From Candidatus Woesearchaeota archaeon (lineage in GTDB: Archaea > Nanobdellota > Nanobdellia > Woesearchaeales > GW2011-AR4): DNA of 33,947 nt. The translations under genes and the position numbers were made by a program. The stretch is from the NCBI GenBank assembly GCA_016185865.1, contig JACPMU010000044.1, positions 1-33,947 of the forward strand, given 5' to 3'. A model generated the notes under the pieces. The model saw nothing but the letters and a program-made list of their open reading frames with translations. It was not told the DNA's origin and searched no databases. Shown one piece after another: positions 14,983-24,153 of this stretch; position 1 is the first letter of the stretch; the number at the start of each line of letters is the position of its first letter.

Positions 14983-15954
14983 ATGAAGCAAAGGCTGTTG
15001 AAAATCTTGGAGAATTTTAAAAATAAAAGAATTCTTGTAATAGGGGACATAATGCTTGACAAATACATTTGGGGGGATGTCTCAAGAATAAGCCCTGAAG
15101 CTCCTGTTCAGGTGGTTAATGTGTTGAAAGAAACTTATGAAGCTGGAGGGGCGGCTAACGTGGCAAGCAATGTGTCTGCGCTTACAGGAAAGGCATTCAT
15201 GGTCGGCATTGTAGGGAATGACGAGGCTAAAAATATGCTTCTAGAAGAGCTGAATAAGAGGGACATAGATGTTGAAGGCATATTCATAGATAAAGACAAG
15301 CCAACAACCCAAAAAGTTAGAGTAATAGGCAAAAGCCAGCAATTGCTCAGAGTCGATTACGAAAAAAAAGGGCATGCCCATAAGGATACAGAAAATAAAA
15401 TGATTGCGTTCTTTAATAGGATAATCAACAAAGTGGATGTTGTGGCTGTTTCAGACTATGCAAAGGGTGTAATAACACAAACAATTTGCAACAAACTGAT
15501 TCAAATAGCAAAAGACAACAATAAGATGATAATTGTTGATCCGAAGCCGAAGCATAAGGATTTGTATGTGAATGCCACCCTGGTAACTCCAAATAATGCA
15601 GAGGCAAGCGAAATGACAAATATCGAGGATGGGGACGAGGCTGTCTTGGGCGCGGGTGCCAAGCTTTTGGAATGCCTTAATTCAAATGTCTTAATTACAC
15701 GAGGGGAAAAAGGCATGTCTTTGTTTGAGAAAGACGGAAGCATAACTGATATTCCGGCAAAAGCCAAGGAAGTTTACAGCATTATCGGAGCAGGCGACAC
15801 TGTTGTCGCCACTATAGCGCTTGCATTGGCTTCAGGAGCAGATTTGAAGGAAGCGGCTATGCTGGCAAACATCGCAGCCGGGATAAAGGTCGGCAAAATA
15901 GGAACGGCTTCTGTAAGCATTGAAGAAATAAAAAGAGAACTTGAGAATTTATGA
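14983..15954 (+). CDS. hldA: D-glycero-beta-D-manno-heptose-7-phosphate kinase (HldE domain I type, PfkB family).
   Basis: ILVIGDIMLDKYIWGDVSRISPEAPVQVV, GGAANVASNV and C-terminal GAGDTV motifs. 323 aa. Confidence 0.85.
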   Translation: MKQRLLKILENFKNKRILVIGDIMLDKYIWGDVSRISPEAPVQVVNVLKETYEAGGAANVASNVSALTGKAFMVGIVGNDEAKNMLLEELNKRDIDVEGIFIDKDKPTTQKVRVIGKSQQLLRVDYEKKGHAHKDTENKMIAFFNRIINKVDVVAVSDYAKGVITQTICNKLIQIAKDNNKMIIVDPKPKHKDLYVNATLVTPNNAEASEMTNIEDGDEAVLGAGAKLLECLNSNVLITRGEKGMSLFEKDGSITDIPAKAKEVYSIIGAGDTVVATIALALASGADLKEAAMLANIAAGIKVGKIGTASVSIEEIKRELENL

Positions 15955-16478
15955 TAAAGGCAGTTTTTTTGGACCGCGATGGTACAATTGTTGAGGATAC
16001 AGGTTATGTCCATAAAGTGGAGGATTTCAAACTGCTACCAAACTCAATTAAAGGCTTAAGGAAATTAGGAAAATTTATGATTTTTATTGTGACTAACCAA
16101 TCAGGTATAGGAAGAGGGGTGTATAAGCTGGAAGATTTTAAAAAATTCAATAACAAGATGATTGGTGAATTAGGCAAGCACAAAATAAAAATAAAAAAAA
16201 TATATTATTGTCCTCATACACCAGAAGACGATTGTGACTGCCGCAAACCAAAGATAAAGTTTTTGGAGGAGGCGAAGAAAGAATTCAAAATTAACTTGAA
16301 AAGCTCTTTTGTGATTGGAGACCAAAAAGCGGATATTGAATTAGGCAAAAATGGAAATTGTAAGTCAATACTTGTCTTAACTGGTAACGGGAACAAGACA
16401 AAAAAAGATATAAACGCTGATTTTGTTGCTGAAGACTTACTGGATGTTGCAAAATGGATTTTGAAGAATGATAAATAA
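15951..16478 (+). CDS. gmhB: D,D-heptose 1,7-bisphosphate phosphatase (HAD superfamily).
   Basis: AVFLDRDGTI, VTNQSGIGRG, CPHTPEDDCDCRKPK and GDQKADIELG motifs. ATGA overlap with hldA. Confidence 0.85.
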   Translation: MIKAVFLDRDGTIVEDTGYVHKVEDFKLLPNSIKGLRKLGKFMIFIVTNQSGIGRGVYKLEDFKKFNNKMIGELGKHKIKIKKIYYCPHTPEDDCDCRKPKIKFLEEAKKEFKINLKSSFVIGDQKADIELGKNGNCKSILVLTGNGNKTKKDINADFVAEDLLDVAKWILKNDK

Positions 16479-16956
16479 AAAAATAATCACATTGCAAAAA
16501 CTCATTCCAATAGTCCAAAAACTGAAAAAACAAAATAAAAAAATAGTCACAACTAACGGAGTTTTCGACATTCTTCATTTTGGGCATGTAAGATACCTTG
16601 AAAAGGCGAAAAAGCTTGGCGATGTCCTAATTGTGGGTGTTAACACAGACTCTTCTGTAAAGCAGAACAAAGGCGACAAAAGGCCCATCAATGATGAAAA
16701 GTCAAGAATTGCGGTACTGGCAGGCCTGGAAAGCGTTGATTATGCTTTTCTTTTTGGTGAAAAGGATCCAAGGAGCTGGATTTCAAGTATAAAGCCAGAT
16801 GTTCATGTAAAAGCTGGTGATTATAAATTAGGGCAGATTATTGAGAAAAATGTTGTTGAAAAAAATAACGGAAAAATTATTATTGTTAAAGCAGAAAAGG
16901 GATACTCCACAACAGGGCTTATAAACAGTATTCTAGATGCTTATAGAAATCAATAG
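16468..16956 (+). CDS. hldC: D-beta-D-heptose-1-phosphate adenylyltransferase (HldE domain II type, cytidylyltransferase fold).
   Basis: VTTNGVFDILHFGHVRYLEKAKKLGDVLIVGVNTDSSV. 162 aa. Overlaps the gmhB end. Confidence 0.8.
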   Translation: MINKKIITLQKLIPIVQKLKKQNKKIVTTNGVFDILHFGHVRYLEKAKKLGDVLIVGVNTDSSVKQNKGDKRPINDEKSRIAVLAGLESVDYAFLFGEKDPRSWISSIKPDVHVKAGDYKLGQIIEKNVVEKNNGKIIIVKAEKGYSTTGLINSILDAYRNQ

Positions 16957-16987
16957 TTTTTTAAATATTTTACAGTTTTTCTCCACT

Positions 16988-17686
16988 ATGGCAAAACTTT
17001 CGGTTATAATACCTGTTTACAATGAAGAAAAAACTATAAAAAAAGTTATAGACAGGGTAAAAGGTGTGCAATTAAAGAACATAGCAAAGGAGCTTGTCAT
17101 AGTTGATGATTTCTCAACAGACAACACAAGAAACATTTTAAAAAATTTGAAAAATAAATCATTAAAAATATTCTATCATAAAAAAAATATGGGGAAAGGC
17201 GCAGCTATAAGGACAGGCATGAAAAACTCCACTGGAGATTTGATAATAATCCAGGATAGTGATTTAGAATATGATCCTAGTGAATATCCAAAATTATTAA
17301 AGCCTATTGTGGAAAAAAGGGCAAAAGTTGTATATGGCTCAAGATTGGAATCCATAAGAAAAAATGCAAAAAATATGTACAAGCTGCACTATATGGGCAA
17401 TTTGTTCCTTACATTGATGACGAATCTATTGTACGGGGCAAGTATAACTGACATGGAAACTGGCTACAAGGTATTCAGAAAAGAGGTAATTGAAGGCATG
17501 AATTTAAAATCGAATAGATTTGATTTTGAGCCCGAAATCACAGCAAAAATACTCAAGAAAGGCTTTAAAATCCACGAAATTCCTATAGATTTTACCGGGA
17601 GAAAGTTTGAGGAAGGCAAAAAAATTACTTGGATTGACGGCATTAAGGCTTTATACTACCTCATCAAATACAGGGTAGTAGATTAA
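16988..17686 (+). CDS. GT2-family glycosyltransferase.
   Basis: LSVIIPVYNEEKTI...VIVDDFSTDNT...GKGAAIRTG...IIQDSDLEYDP. The track start 16937 adds 17 non-homologous residues, so ATG 16988 is preferred. Confidence 0.85.
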   Translation: MAKLSVIIPVYNEEKTIKKVIDRVKGVQLKNIAKELVIVDDFSTDNTRNILKNLKNKSLKIFYHKKNMGKGAAIRTGMKNSTGDLIIIQDSDLEYDPSEYPKLLKPIVEKRAKVVYGSRLESIRKNAKNMYKLHYMGNLFLTLMTNLLYGASITDMETGYKVFRKEVIEGMNLKSNRFDFEPEITAKILKKGFKIHEIPIDFTGRKFEEGKKITWIDGIKALYYLIKYRVVD

Positions 17687-17687
17687 A

Positions 17688-18419
17688 ATGAGTAAACCAA
17701 ATATTACTATGTTTTTTCCTGCTTATAACGAGGAGAAAAATATCCTAAAACTGCTTAAATCCGCTATAAAAATTCTTAATGATGTTGCTGATAATTATGA
17801 GGTTTTAGTTATAGTTTATGAAGGTTCAACTGATAAAACAATAGACATTGTTAAAAAATTTGCAAATAAAAATAATAAAGTAAAGCTTATAATGCAGCCA
17901 AAAGATAAAAAGGGAATTGGTTATGCAAAAATGATGGGATTTAAAAATGCAAAATATCCTTATATTTTTTATGCAGACTCTGACAATCAGTTTAATTTAA
18001 GGGAATTCAAGAAGTTTTTGCCCTATATAAGCAAATATGACATTATTGCTGGTTATAGGATTAATAGATACGATCCAAAAATCAGAATTATGATCTCAAA
18101 AATCTATAATTGGGCAATGAGCCTCTTGTTTAAGACAAAGGAGCGCGACCTGGACTGTGCCTTCAGGCTGGTAAATAAAAAAGTTATAAATAATATCAAA
18201 CTAGTATGCCATACAGGAGTTGCAACTACAGAGCTCTTGGTCAGAGCAAGGAAAAAGGGATTTAGTATAAAAGAGATTGGCATCAGCCACTACCCAAGAG
18301 AATTTGGAAGATCCTTATTTGAAAGCAATTTGTTAAACTTGCCTAAGCCAAAGGTGGTTATCAGTATATTAAAAGAGATAATCTTGCTTTACAAAGATAT
18401 AAACTCAAAGAATAAATAA
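17688..18419 (+). CDS. GT2-family glycosyltransferase.
   Basis: ITMFFPAYNEEKNI ... EGSTDKT ... FYADSDNQF. Starts 2 nt after the preceding stop. Confidence 0.8.
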   Translation: MSKPNITMFFPAYNEEKNILKLLKSAIKILNDVADNYEVLVIVYEGSTDKTIDIVKKFANKNNKVKLIMQPKDKKGIGYAKMMGFKNAKYPYIFYADSDNQFNLREFKKFLPYISKYDIIAGYRINRYDPKIRIMISKIYNWAMSLLFKTKERDLDCAFRLVNKKVINNIKLVCHTGVATTELLVRARKKGFSIKEIGISHYPREFGRSLFESNLLNLPKPKVVISILKEIILLYKDINSKNK

Positions 18420-18431
18420 TTTTTAAATATT

Positions 18432-19160
18432 ATGGAACTTTCAGTAATCATACCAACTTACAATGAGAAGAAGAATGTTGGAATACTAATTCCAAGAATA
18501 GAGCAATTGTTCTATAAAAGGTACAGGAACGATTTTGAGATTATAGTTGTGGATGACAAGTCTCCGGATGGAACAGCAGAATCAATTATAAAACTGAACA
18601 ATGCATATGGCAACATAAGGTTGATAACCAAAAAGAAAAAAGAGGGCATAGGGAGCGCTCTTAAGGAAGGCTACAGCAATGCAAGAGGCAGCTTGATTTT
18701 GTCAACAGATGCTGATTTATCATTTGATGTCAGGGATATGCTTAGGCTGCTCACAGCAATAAAAAAAGGCCGTGACTTGGTTGTTGGGAGCAGGCACAGG
18801 GCAGGAGGTTTTTACGAGAAGCCAAATATAAAAACCAAAATCAAGGGATTTATAAGCAAATACGGGAATATGATGACAAGAATTTTAACAAATATAGACA
18901 TAAATGATTTTTCTGCGAATTTCAGGATTATAAGGAGAAACGTATGGAAAAAATTGAAAGTTGCAGACAATGCCAATTCCATTCTGTTGGAAATGATACT
19001 TAAGGCAAAATACAAAGGCTATAAAGTTGCAGAAGTGCCTGTAATGTTCATTGACAGGAAATACGGAAAATCGAAGCTGAGTTTGATCAAGGAAATGCCA
19101 AAATTCCTCATGAGGCTGGTTTATTACATCATCAAGTATCGAATTCTAAAATTGGGGTAA
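18432..19160 (+). CDS. GT2-family glycosyltransferase, dolichyl/polyprenyl-phosphate mannose synthase-like.
   Basis: LSVIIPTYNEKKNV...IIVVDDKSPDGTAE...EGIGSALKEGY...STDADLSFD, with a C-terminal hydrophobic tail. Dpm1-like layout. Confidence 0.8.
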   Translation: MELSVIIPTYNEKKNVGILIPRIEQLFYKRYRNDFEIIVVDDKSPDGTAESIIKLNNAYGNIRLITKKKKEGIGSALKEGYSNARGSLILSTDADLSFDVRDMLRLLTAIKKGRDLVVGSRHRAGGFYEKPNIKTKIKGFISKYGNMMTRILTNIDINDFSANFRIIRRNVWKKLKVADNANSILLEMILKAKYKGYKVAEVPVMFIDRKYGKSKLSLIKEMPKFLMRLVYYIIKYRILKLG

Positions 19161-19179
19161 GCAGCAGCGTTATTATATG

Positions 19180-20085
19180 TCAAGAATGCGGAATATTATG
19201 CTTAATCCATGTTCTCAAATCGTATTTAGGTTTCCAGCCAAATTTTTTTAATTTTTGTATATTGGCCAGTTCATCCCATCTTTCAATTTTTCTGTCTCTG
19301 ACAAGGCTCCTGTTTTTTACAATTGTGAATTTTTTGTGCAGGTTTTCCGCTATCATTCCAATAATTTCTTTTATGCTGGTAGAGGCTCCAGTTCCTATGT
19401 TAAATATGTTATTTTTTTTAAAGCTCATTGCCATGGTAATTGCACCGGTAAAATCCTTTACATTTAGGAAATCTCTTTTTACATTGTTGCCTATATTAAC
19501 GACATCGCTCTTCATTGCCCTGCTCAAAAGCAGAGGCAACAAACCTTTATTTTGGTGCTTTCCATAAAGATAGGATGCTCTGAAAATTACATAGTTTATT
19601 TCGCAATTGCTTGAATAAGCCCTTATTGTATCCTCGCACATCAGTTTGCTCAGGGAATAAAAATCAACAGGTGATTTATTTTTAACATCAGTTTCTTTGA
19701 TATTGATATTGTTGCCGTAAACAGCTTGTGTAGAGGGAAAAACTATCCTCTTGACTTTATTTTTGCGCATGGATTCCAAAACATTTACAGTGCCGTTGTA
19801 ATTAACATCTATAGTTTTTTTGGGGTGCTCCAAAGAAAATGGCACATCAGTTATTGCCGCCAAATGCACGACCACGTCAATTTTTTTTATTAAAATGCCG
19901 CATTTTCTCGGCTCCAGCACATCCAATTGCCTCACTTCAATATCTTTTAAATTATTTTTATTCAGGAACTTTGCAAGTTTTTTAGTGTCGGATGCAGTGG
20001 CAATTATTTTATTTTTAGAAAAATGCATGTCTTCAATAAGATTTTTGCCTACAAGGCCGTTTGCACCTGTTATTAATATTCTCAT
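19180..20085 (-). CDS. NAD(P)-dependent sugar epimerase/reductase (extended SDR); candidate GDP-4-keto-3,6-dideoxymannose epimerase/reductase (ColC-like).
   Basis: MRILITGANGLVGKNL Rossmann motif and YSLSK (YxxxK). 301 aa. 4-nt overlap with the upstream ColD-like gene. Confidence 0.7.
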   Translation of the reverse strand: MRILITGANGLVGKNLIEDMHFSKNKIIATASDTKKLAKFLNKNNLKDIEVRQLDVLEPRKCGILIKKIDVVVHLAAITDVPFSLEHPKKTIDVNYNGTVNVLESMRKNKVKRIVFPSTQAVYGNNINIKETDVKNKSPVDFYSLSKLMCEDTIRAYSSNCEINYVIFRASYLYGKHQNKGLLPLLLSRAMKSDVVNIGNNVKRDFLNVKDFTGAITMAMSFKKNNIFNIGTGASTSIKEIIGMIAENLHKKFTIVKNRSLVRDRKIERWDELANIQKLKKFGWKPKYDLRTWIKHNIPHS

Positions 20086-21260
20086 TTAAAAAAATCATTG
20101 AATGTTTTGATTATGTAGTCAAGATCGCCATGGCTGATATCCTGATGGCATCCTATATAAAAGCCATTGTTGTTTATCCAGTCGGCAACAGGGTAATCAC
20201 TGACTTTTATTCTGAAAAGTTTTTGATATACTGGCTGGTTTATCAATGGCAGCATTTCCCTTGTTTCAATGCTCTTGCTCTCAAGATAGTTTACTATCCT
20301 CTGTTTCTTTTCTTTCCTTAACACTATTGGAAACATCATAAATGAGTGTTCGCAGCCTTTTCTGACTTCAGGAAGCTGAATCCTGCCGTCAAATTTTCCC
20401 AGGCCGTCTATGAGGCACTTTGCATTATCTCTTCTTTTCTTTATCATAGTTTGCCATGTTTCAAGCTGCGCCATCCCTAGCGCTGCCTCCATTTCTGTTG
20501 CTCTGAAGCTGTGTCCAAGATGGATGAAATTGAATCTTCTGGCAATTACTTCTCTCAGCTCTTTTTTGCTTTTTCCCTTGGAATCGTCAATGCTTATGTA
20601 TATAGAGTCTCTTCCGTGGTTCATTAATGAGCGTAGCATCACCGCATAGTCAGCGTTGTTTGTTGTATTGATGCCGCCAACTCCAGTAGTAATAAGATGC
20701 GCAATATAAGTTGAGAAGCAGCCTATGTCCCCAAGGCTTCCAACCATTTTGCTTTTGTATCTGGCAAACATAGTTTCGCATGAATCTTCAACAATCCTCA
20801 AATCATATTTTGCAGCTATTTTTTTGATTTTGTCCATCTCGCATGGAAGCCCAAACAAATGGACCGGGATAATTGCCTTTGTCCTGTCCGTAATTTTATC
20901 CTCAATTAATTCCGGGTCAATCCCATAGAAGTTCTTTTCAACATCCACAAACACCGGCTTCAGGCTGTTGTGCACAACAACATTCGACGTGGCTACAAAT
21001 GTCACAGCAGGAACTATGACCTCGTCATTATTGTTCCAGTTGTGGATTTCTTTCAGAGCTGCAACAGCTATGTGAAGGGCGCTTGTTCCGCTGTTGCTCA
21101 TTATACCGAATCTGCATTGGTGCAAAGAAGAGAATTTTTTTTCAAATTTTTTAGTGAACTGGCCATAAGACAATCTTTTTCTGTCTAAAGTCTTATTAAC
21201 ATAGAGCTTTGCATTTTTGCTTATGCTGAGTGTGCCTACTCCGATAAATTTCTTGGCCAT
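20082..21260 (-). CDS. colD: DegT/DnrJ/EryC1-fold PLP/PMP enzyme with His in place of the Schiff-base Lys: GDP-4-keto-6-deoxy-D-mannose 3-dehydratase (ColD)-like.
   Basis: SNSGTSALHIAV, VEDSCETMFA, then GDIGCFSTYIAHLITTGVGG, where normal aminotransferases have FSF..xK.ltxGEGG. The His codon is at 20697..20699. C-terminal GFYIGCHQ. Immediately downstream of gmd. The track start 21305 is TTG; the first ATG is 21260. Confidence 0.65.
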   Translation of the reverse strand: MAKKFIGVGTLSISKNAKLYVNKTLDRKRLSYGQFTKKFEKKFSSLHQCRFGIMSNSGTSALHIAVAALKEIHNWNNNDEVIVPAVTFVATSNVVVHNSLKPVFVDVEKNFYGIDPELIEDKITDRTKAIIPVHLFGLPCEMDKIKKIAAKYDLRIVEDSCETMFARYKSKMVGSLGDIGCFSTYIAHLITTGVGGINTTNNADYAVMLRSLMNHGRDSIYISIDDSKGKSKKELREVIARRFNFIHLGHSFRATEMEAALGMAQLETWQTMIKKRRDNAKCLIDGLGKFDGRIQLPEVRKGCEHSFMMFPIVLRKEKKQRIVNYLESKSIETREMLPLINQPVYQKLFRIKVSDYPVADWINNNGFYIGCHQDISHGDLDYIIKTFNDFFK

Positions 21261-21345
21261 CAAGAATGGGCTGGTAAATATTAAATTTATAAAGCTTTCG
21301 AGCAATAGTAGACATCTAAAGCCAGCATATTTTGTGAGGTATGCC

Positions 21346-22401
21346 CTATCTTTTTATGCCATAAATTTTTGAGAATCTTTTAATGTCGTGATCAACCATA
21401 AGTTTAACAAGTTCCCCGAAAGATGTTTTTGGAGCCCATTTCAGCTTTTTTTTTGCATATGACGGATCGCCTGAAAGCTTTTCAACTTCTGCCGGCCTGA
21501 AATATCTGAGGCTGACCTTTACAAGCGCTTTTCCTGTTTTTTTATCTATGCCCTTTTCATTCACTCCCCTGCCCTTCCACAAAATTTTTATACCAATACA
21601 GTCAAAAGCTTTCTCGGCAAATTCCCTGACGCTATGGCTTTCCCCGGTGGCTATCACAAAGTCTTCTGGATATTTCATCTGCAGCATGAGCCACATTGCC
21701 TCAACATATTCTTTTGCATACCCCCAGTCTCTCTTCGCATTCAGGTTGCCTAATTCAAGAACATCGTCTATTCCTAATTTTATTTTTGCAACTTGCTGGC
21801 TTATCTTTTTTGAGACAAAATTTTCGCCTCTTCTTTCAGACTCGTGGTTGAATAGTATGCCATTGCATGCAAACATGTTGTACGCTTCTCTGAAGTTTAT
21901 AGTTATCCAGTGGGAATAAAGCTTGGCTATGCCGTAAGGGCTTCTTGGATGAAATGGCGTCTTTTCTGTCTGAGGCGTTTCCTGCGCCAATCCAAACAGT
22001 TCGCTTGTTGATGCATTGTAGAACTTTACTTTATGAGCCATTCCTAAAATTTTTATTGCTTCAAGAATCCTTAACGTGCCTAATGCATCGGCATTCGCGG
22101 TATATTCCGGCATTTCAAATGATATCTGAACATGGCTTTGCGCAGCCAGGTGGTAAATCTCATCAGGCTGCGCTAATTTTAAAATTCTTAAGATGGAGCT
22201 GGAGTCGGTCATGTCGCCGTAATGCAGGCTCATATCACCGTTCCTTCTGTGAAAATCGTAAATAGAGCCAATCCTTTCCCTGTTAAAAGAGCTTGACCTT
22301 CTGCAGACGCCATGCACTATATAACCTTTCTTCAGAAGGAATTCTGCAAGGTACGAGCCATCTTGGCCTGTTATGCCTGTTATTAAAGCAATTTTTTTCA
22401 T
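21346..22401 (-). CDS. gmd: GDP-mannose 4,6-dehydratase.
   Basis: [46 protein letters not shown] and NHESERRG motifs. The track start 22422 is TTG. ATG 22401 fits the TATA spacing. Confidence 0.9.
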   Translation of the reverse strand: MKKIALITGITGQDGSYLAEFLLKKGYIVHGVCRRSSSFNRERIGSIYDFHRRNGDMSLHYGDMTDSSSILRILKLAQPDEIYHLAAQSHVQISFEMPEYTANADALGTLRILEAIKILGMAHKVKFYNASTSELFGLAQETPQTEKTPFHPRSPYGIAKLYSHWITINFREAYNMFACNGILFNHESERRGENFVSKKISQQVAKIKLGIDDVLELGNLNAKRDWGYAKEYVEAMWLMLQMKYPEDFVIATGESHSVREFAEKAFDCIGIKILWKGRGVNEKGIDKKTGKALVKVSLRYFRPAEVEKLSGDPSYAKKKLKWAPKTSFGELVKLMVDHDIKRFSKIYGIKR

Positions 22402-22421
22402 TGGTAATTTGGAAACTATCA

Positions 22422-22434
22422 ATATTTATATAAT
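22422..22434 (-). promoter_or_regulatory. TATA box of the gmd operon.
   Basis: ATATTTATATAAT centred about 27 nt upstream of ATG 22401. Confidence 0.45.
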
Positions 22435-22466
22435 TTTTGCAAAATAATGTCCTTCGGAAATTTTAT

Positions 22467-24053
22467 TTATTTTTTCCTGGTGAAAATATACCCATTTTCT
22501 GTTTTGTCCCAAGTTCCCTGAACATCATAAACAAGCCATGAATAGCCAATGTTGCCAACAGGCTCAAAATTCTGCTTTAGCCACTGGTAGCATACCCATT
22601 TTTGGAATTGAAGGCTGTTTGCGGGAACCAAAATTTTTCCTAAAGCTGGCTGGCATCCTGGGTCAACAGCAACAGGCTCGTTCACTTTGCTGATATAGTA
22701 TTTCACCAAATCCAAATCCTGCTCCCAATCCAAATTGGAATCAATGGTGTATTTATACCCATTTTTGGGTCCGCCGATGAATTCATTGAAATAAGCCAGG
22801 TGGTGAGGGATTACCAGCAATGACCCTGCCAAATACCATACCGCCAATAAGGAAATTATGCCTATAAAAATCTTATTTTTTAAAGGGTAAATTGAAAGGA
22901 CATGCCTATAGCCAACTGCTGTTTTGCTGAAAAAAGACAGCATGAACAGGATTATGAGCATATAAATCAGCAAATAACTCTCTGAAATGCTAATTCTTCT
23001 AAAATACAAGAATCCTAAAATGAGAAAAATAAATATAGGAATAGGTGTCTTAATTAGGATGTGGAAAATATAATAAGAGCTTGGTTTTTCCCCTATTTTT
23101 CCAAGGAAAAAAAAGCCCCTGACTTCGTCCTTTGCCTGCCATTGCGCCTGGTCGTGGCCCAAAACATACTGCTTGGGCAATAGTATAGGTACCCAGTTTA
23201 CAAGTTTGTTTTTGTATAAAGCATTAAAAGAGGAGCTCATAAATTCTTCTTTGTCGTATTTGCTTAATGGGGCAAAAGTGCCGTTGAAAAAATACATTAA
23301 ATTTATGACAAGCCATCCAATTAAAAATATTATCAGCAAAGAAAAAACAATGTCAAATGACTTCTTTAGGCTGGGTTTTTTGATTTTAAAGAAAAAATCA
23401 GCTTTAAAGTCCTTAAAAAAATAAACAAGGATGGAATACAATACAAATGTTGGTATAAGAAAAACAGAGAGCAGCTTGGTGATCTGTGCCAAGCCAAAAC
23501 ATAAACCGGCTATTAACAGGCCCTTTTTTGTTGGTTTGTTGACATACTTCCAAAAAGTGTACATTGAAAGAAAGATAAAGAGTGCGCCTCCGATGTCAGC
23601 TGTTACCAGGCTTCCAAAAGCCAGAATGTTGGGCGAAAATGCTGCCAGAAACAGGGCAAAAAGGCCTGCTCTTATCCCGTACAGGTCTCTTGCCCAAAGA
23701 AAAACAAGATAGGCCAATATAGCCATAAAAATTAATGGCACAAGCCTTGAAGCGAGCAAAATTCCTCTTGGAAACGGAGTTATTTTCCCCGTGATATAAT
23801 CCAATTGGGTGCCCCTGTCAAAATTATTGAATTTGCTTTTATCCGTGACAAAAAGCAAAGGCAGCGCTGCCAAAGTAGAAGTCAAAGGCGGATTAATTAT
23901 GCCTATCTCCCACTTGCTTGTTGTAAGGTATTTGTAGCCCGCATTTAAATGAAAATTTATTTCGTCAATTGTTCTTGACTTGACGCTTGCAATGAAAAAG
24001 CCTTGAGTGAACATCAAAAAAAGCAGTATCGCAACAATATATCTTGATTTCAT
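22467..24053 (-). CDS. GT-C-fold polytopic membrane glycosyltransferase (ArnT/PMT-like, GT39/GT83-type).
   Basis: 528 aa with more than 10 hydrophobic helices. N-terminal loop IDEINFHLNAGY with acidic residues. ArnT-like topology and a C-terminal soluble tail. Confidence 0.65.
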   Translation of the reverse strand: MKSRYIVAILLFLMFTQGFFIASVKSRTIDEINFHLNAGYKYLTTSKWEIGIINPPLTSTLAALPLLFVTDKSKFNNFDRGTQLDYITGKITPFPRGILLASRLVPLIFMAILAYLVFLWARDLYGIRAGLFALFLAAFSPNILAFGSLVTADIGGALFIFLSMYTFWKYVNKPTKKGLLIAGLCFGLAQITKLLSVFLIPTFVLYSILVYFFKDFKADFFFKIKKPSLKKSFDIVFSLLIIFLIGWLVINLMYFFNGTFAPLSKYDKEEFMSSSFNALYKNKLVNWVPILLPKQYVLGHDQAQWQAKDEVRGFFFLGKIGEKPSSYYIFHILIKTPIPIFIFLILGFLYFRRISISESYLLIYMLIILFMLSFFSKTAVGYRHVLSIYPLKNKIFIGIISLLAVWYLAGSLLVIPHHLAYFNEFIGGPKNGYKYTIDSNLDWEQDLDLVKYYISKVNEPVAVDPGCQPALGKILVPANSLQFQKWVCYQWLKQNFEPVGNIGYSWLVYDVQGTWDKTENGYIFTRKK

Positions 24054-24077
24054 TTTTGCTATTGCATATCATTAATG

Positions 24078-24126
24078 TTTTAAATACTTTCTATTTCTAT
24101 TCGTCAAATAGAGATAGTTTTAAATA
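24078..24126. promoter_or_regulatory. Divergent promoter pair: two TTTTAAATA boxes.
   Basis: TTTTAAATA at 24078..24086 lies about 29 nt from minus-strand start 24053. TTTTAAATA at 24118..24126 lies about 30 nt from plus-strand ATG 24154. Confidence 0.45.
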
Positions 24127-24153
24127 CACAAATTGCAAACCTTCGTTCAAAAA

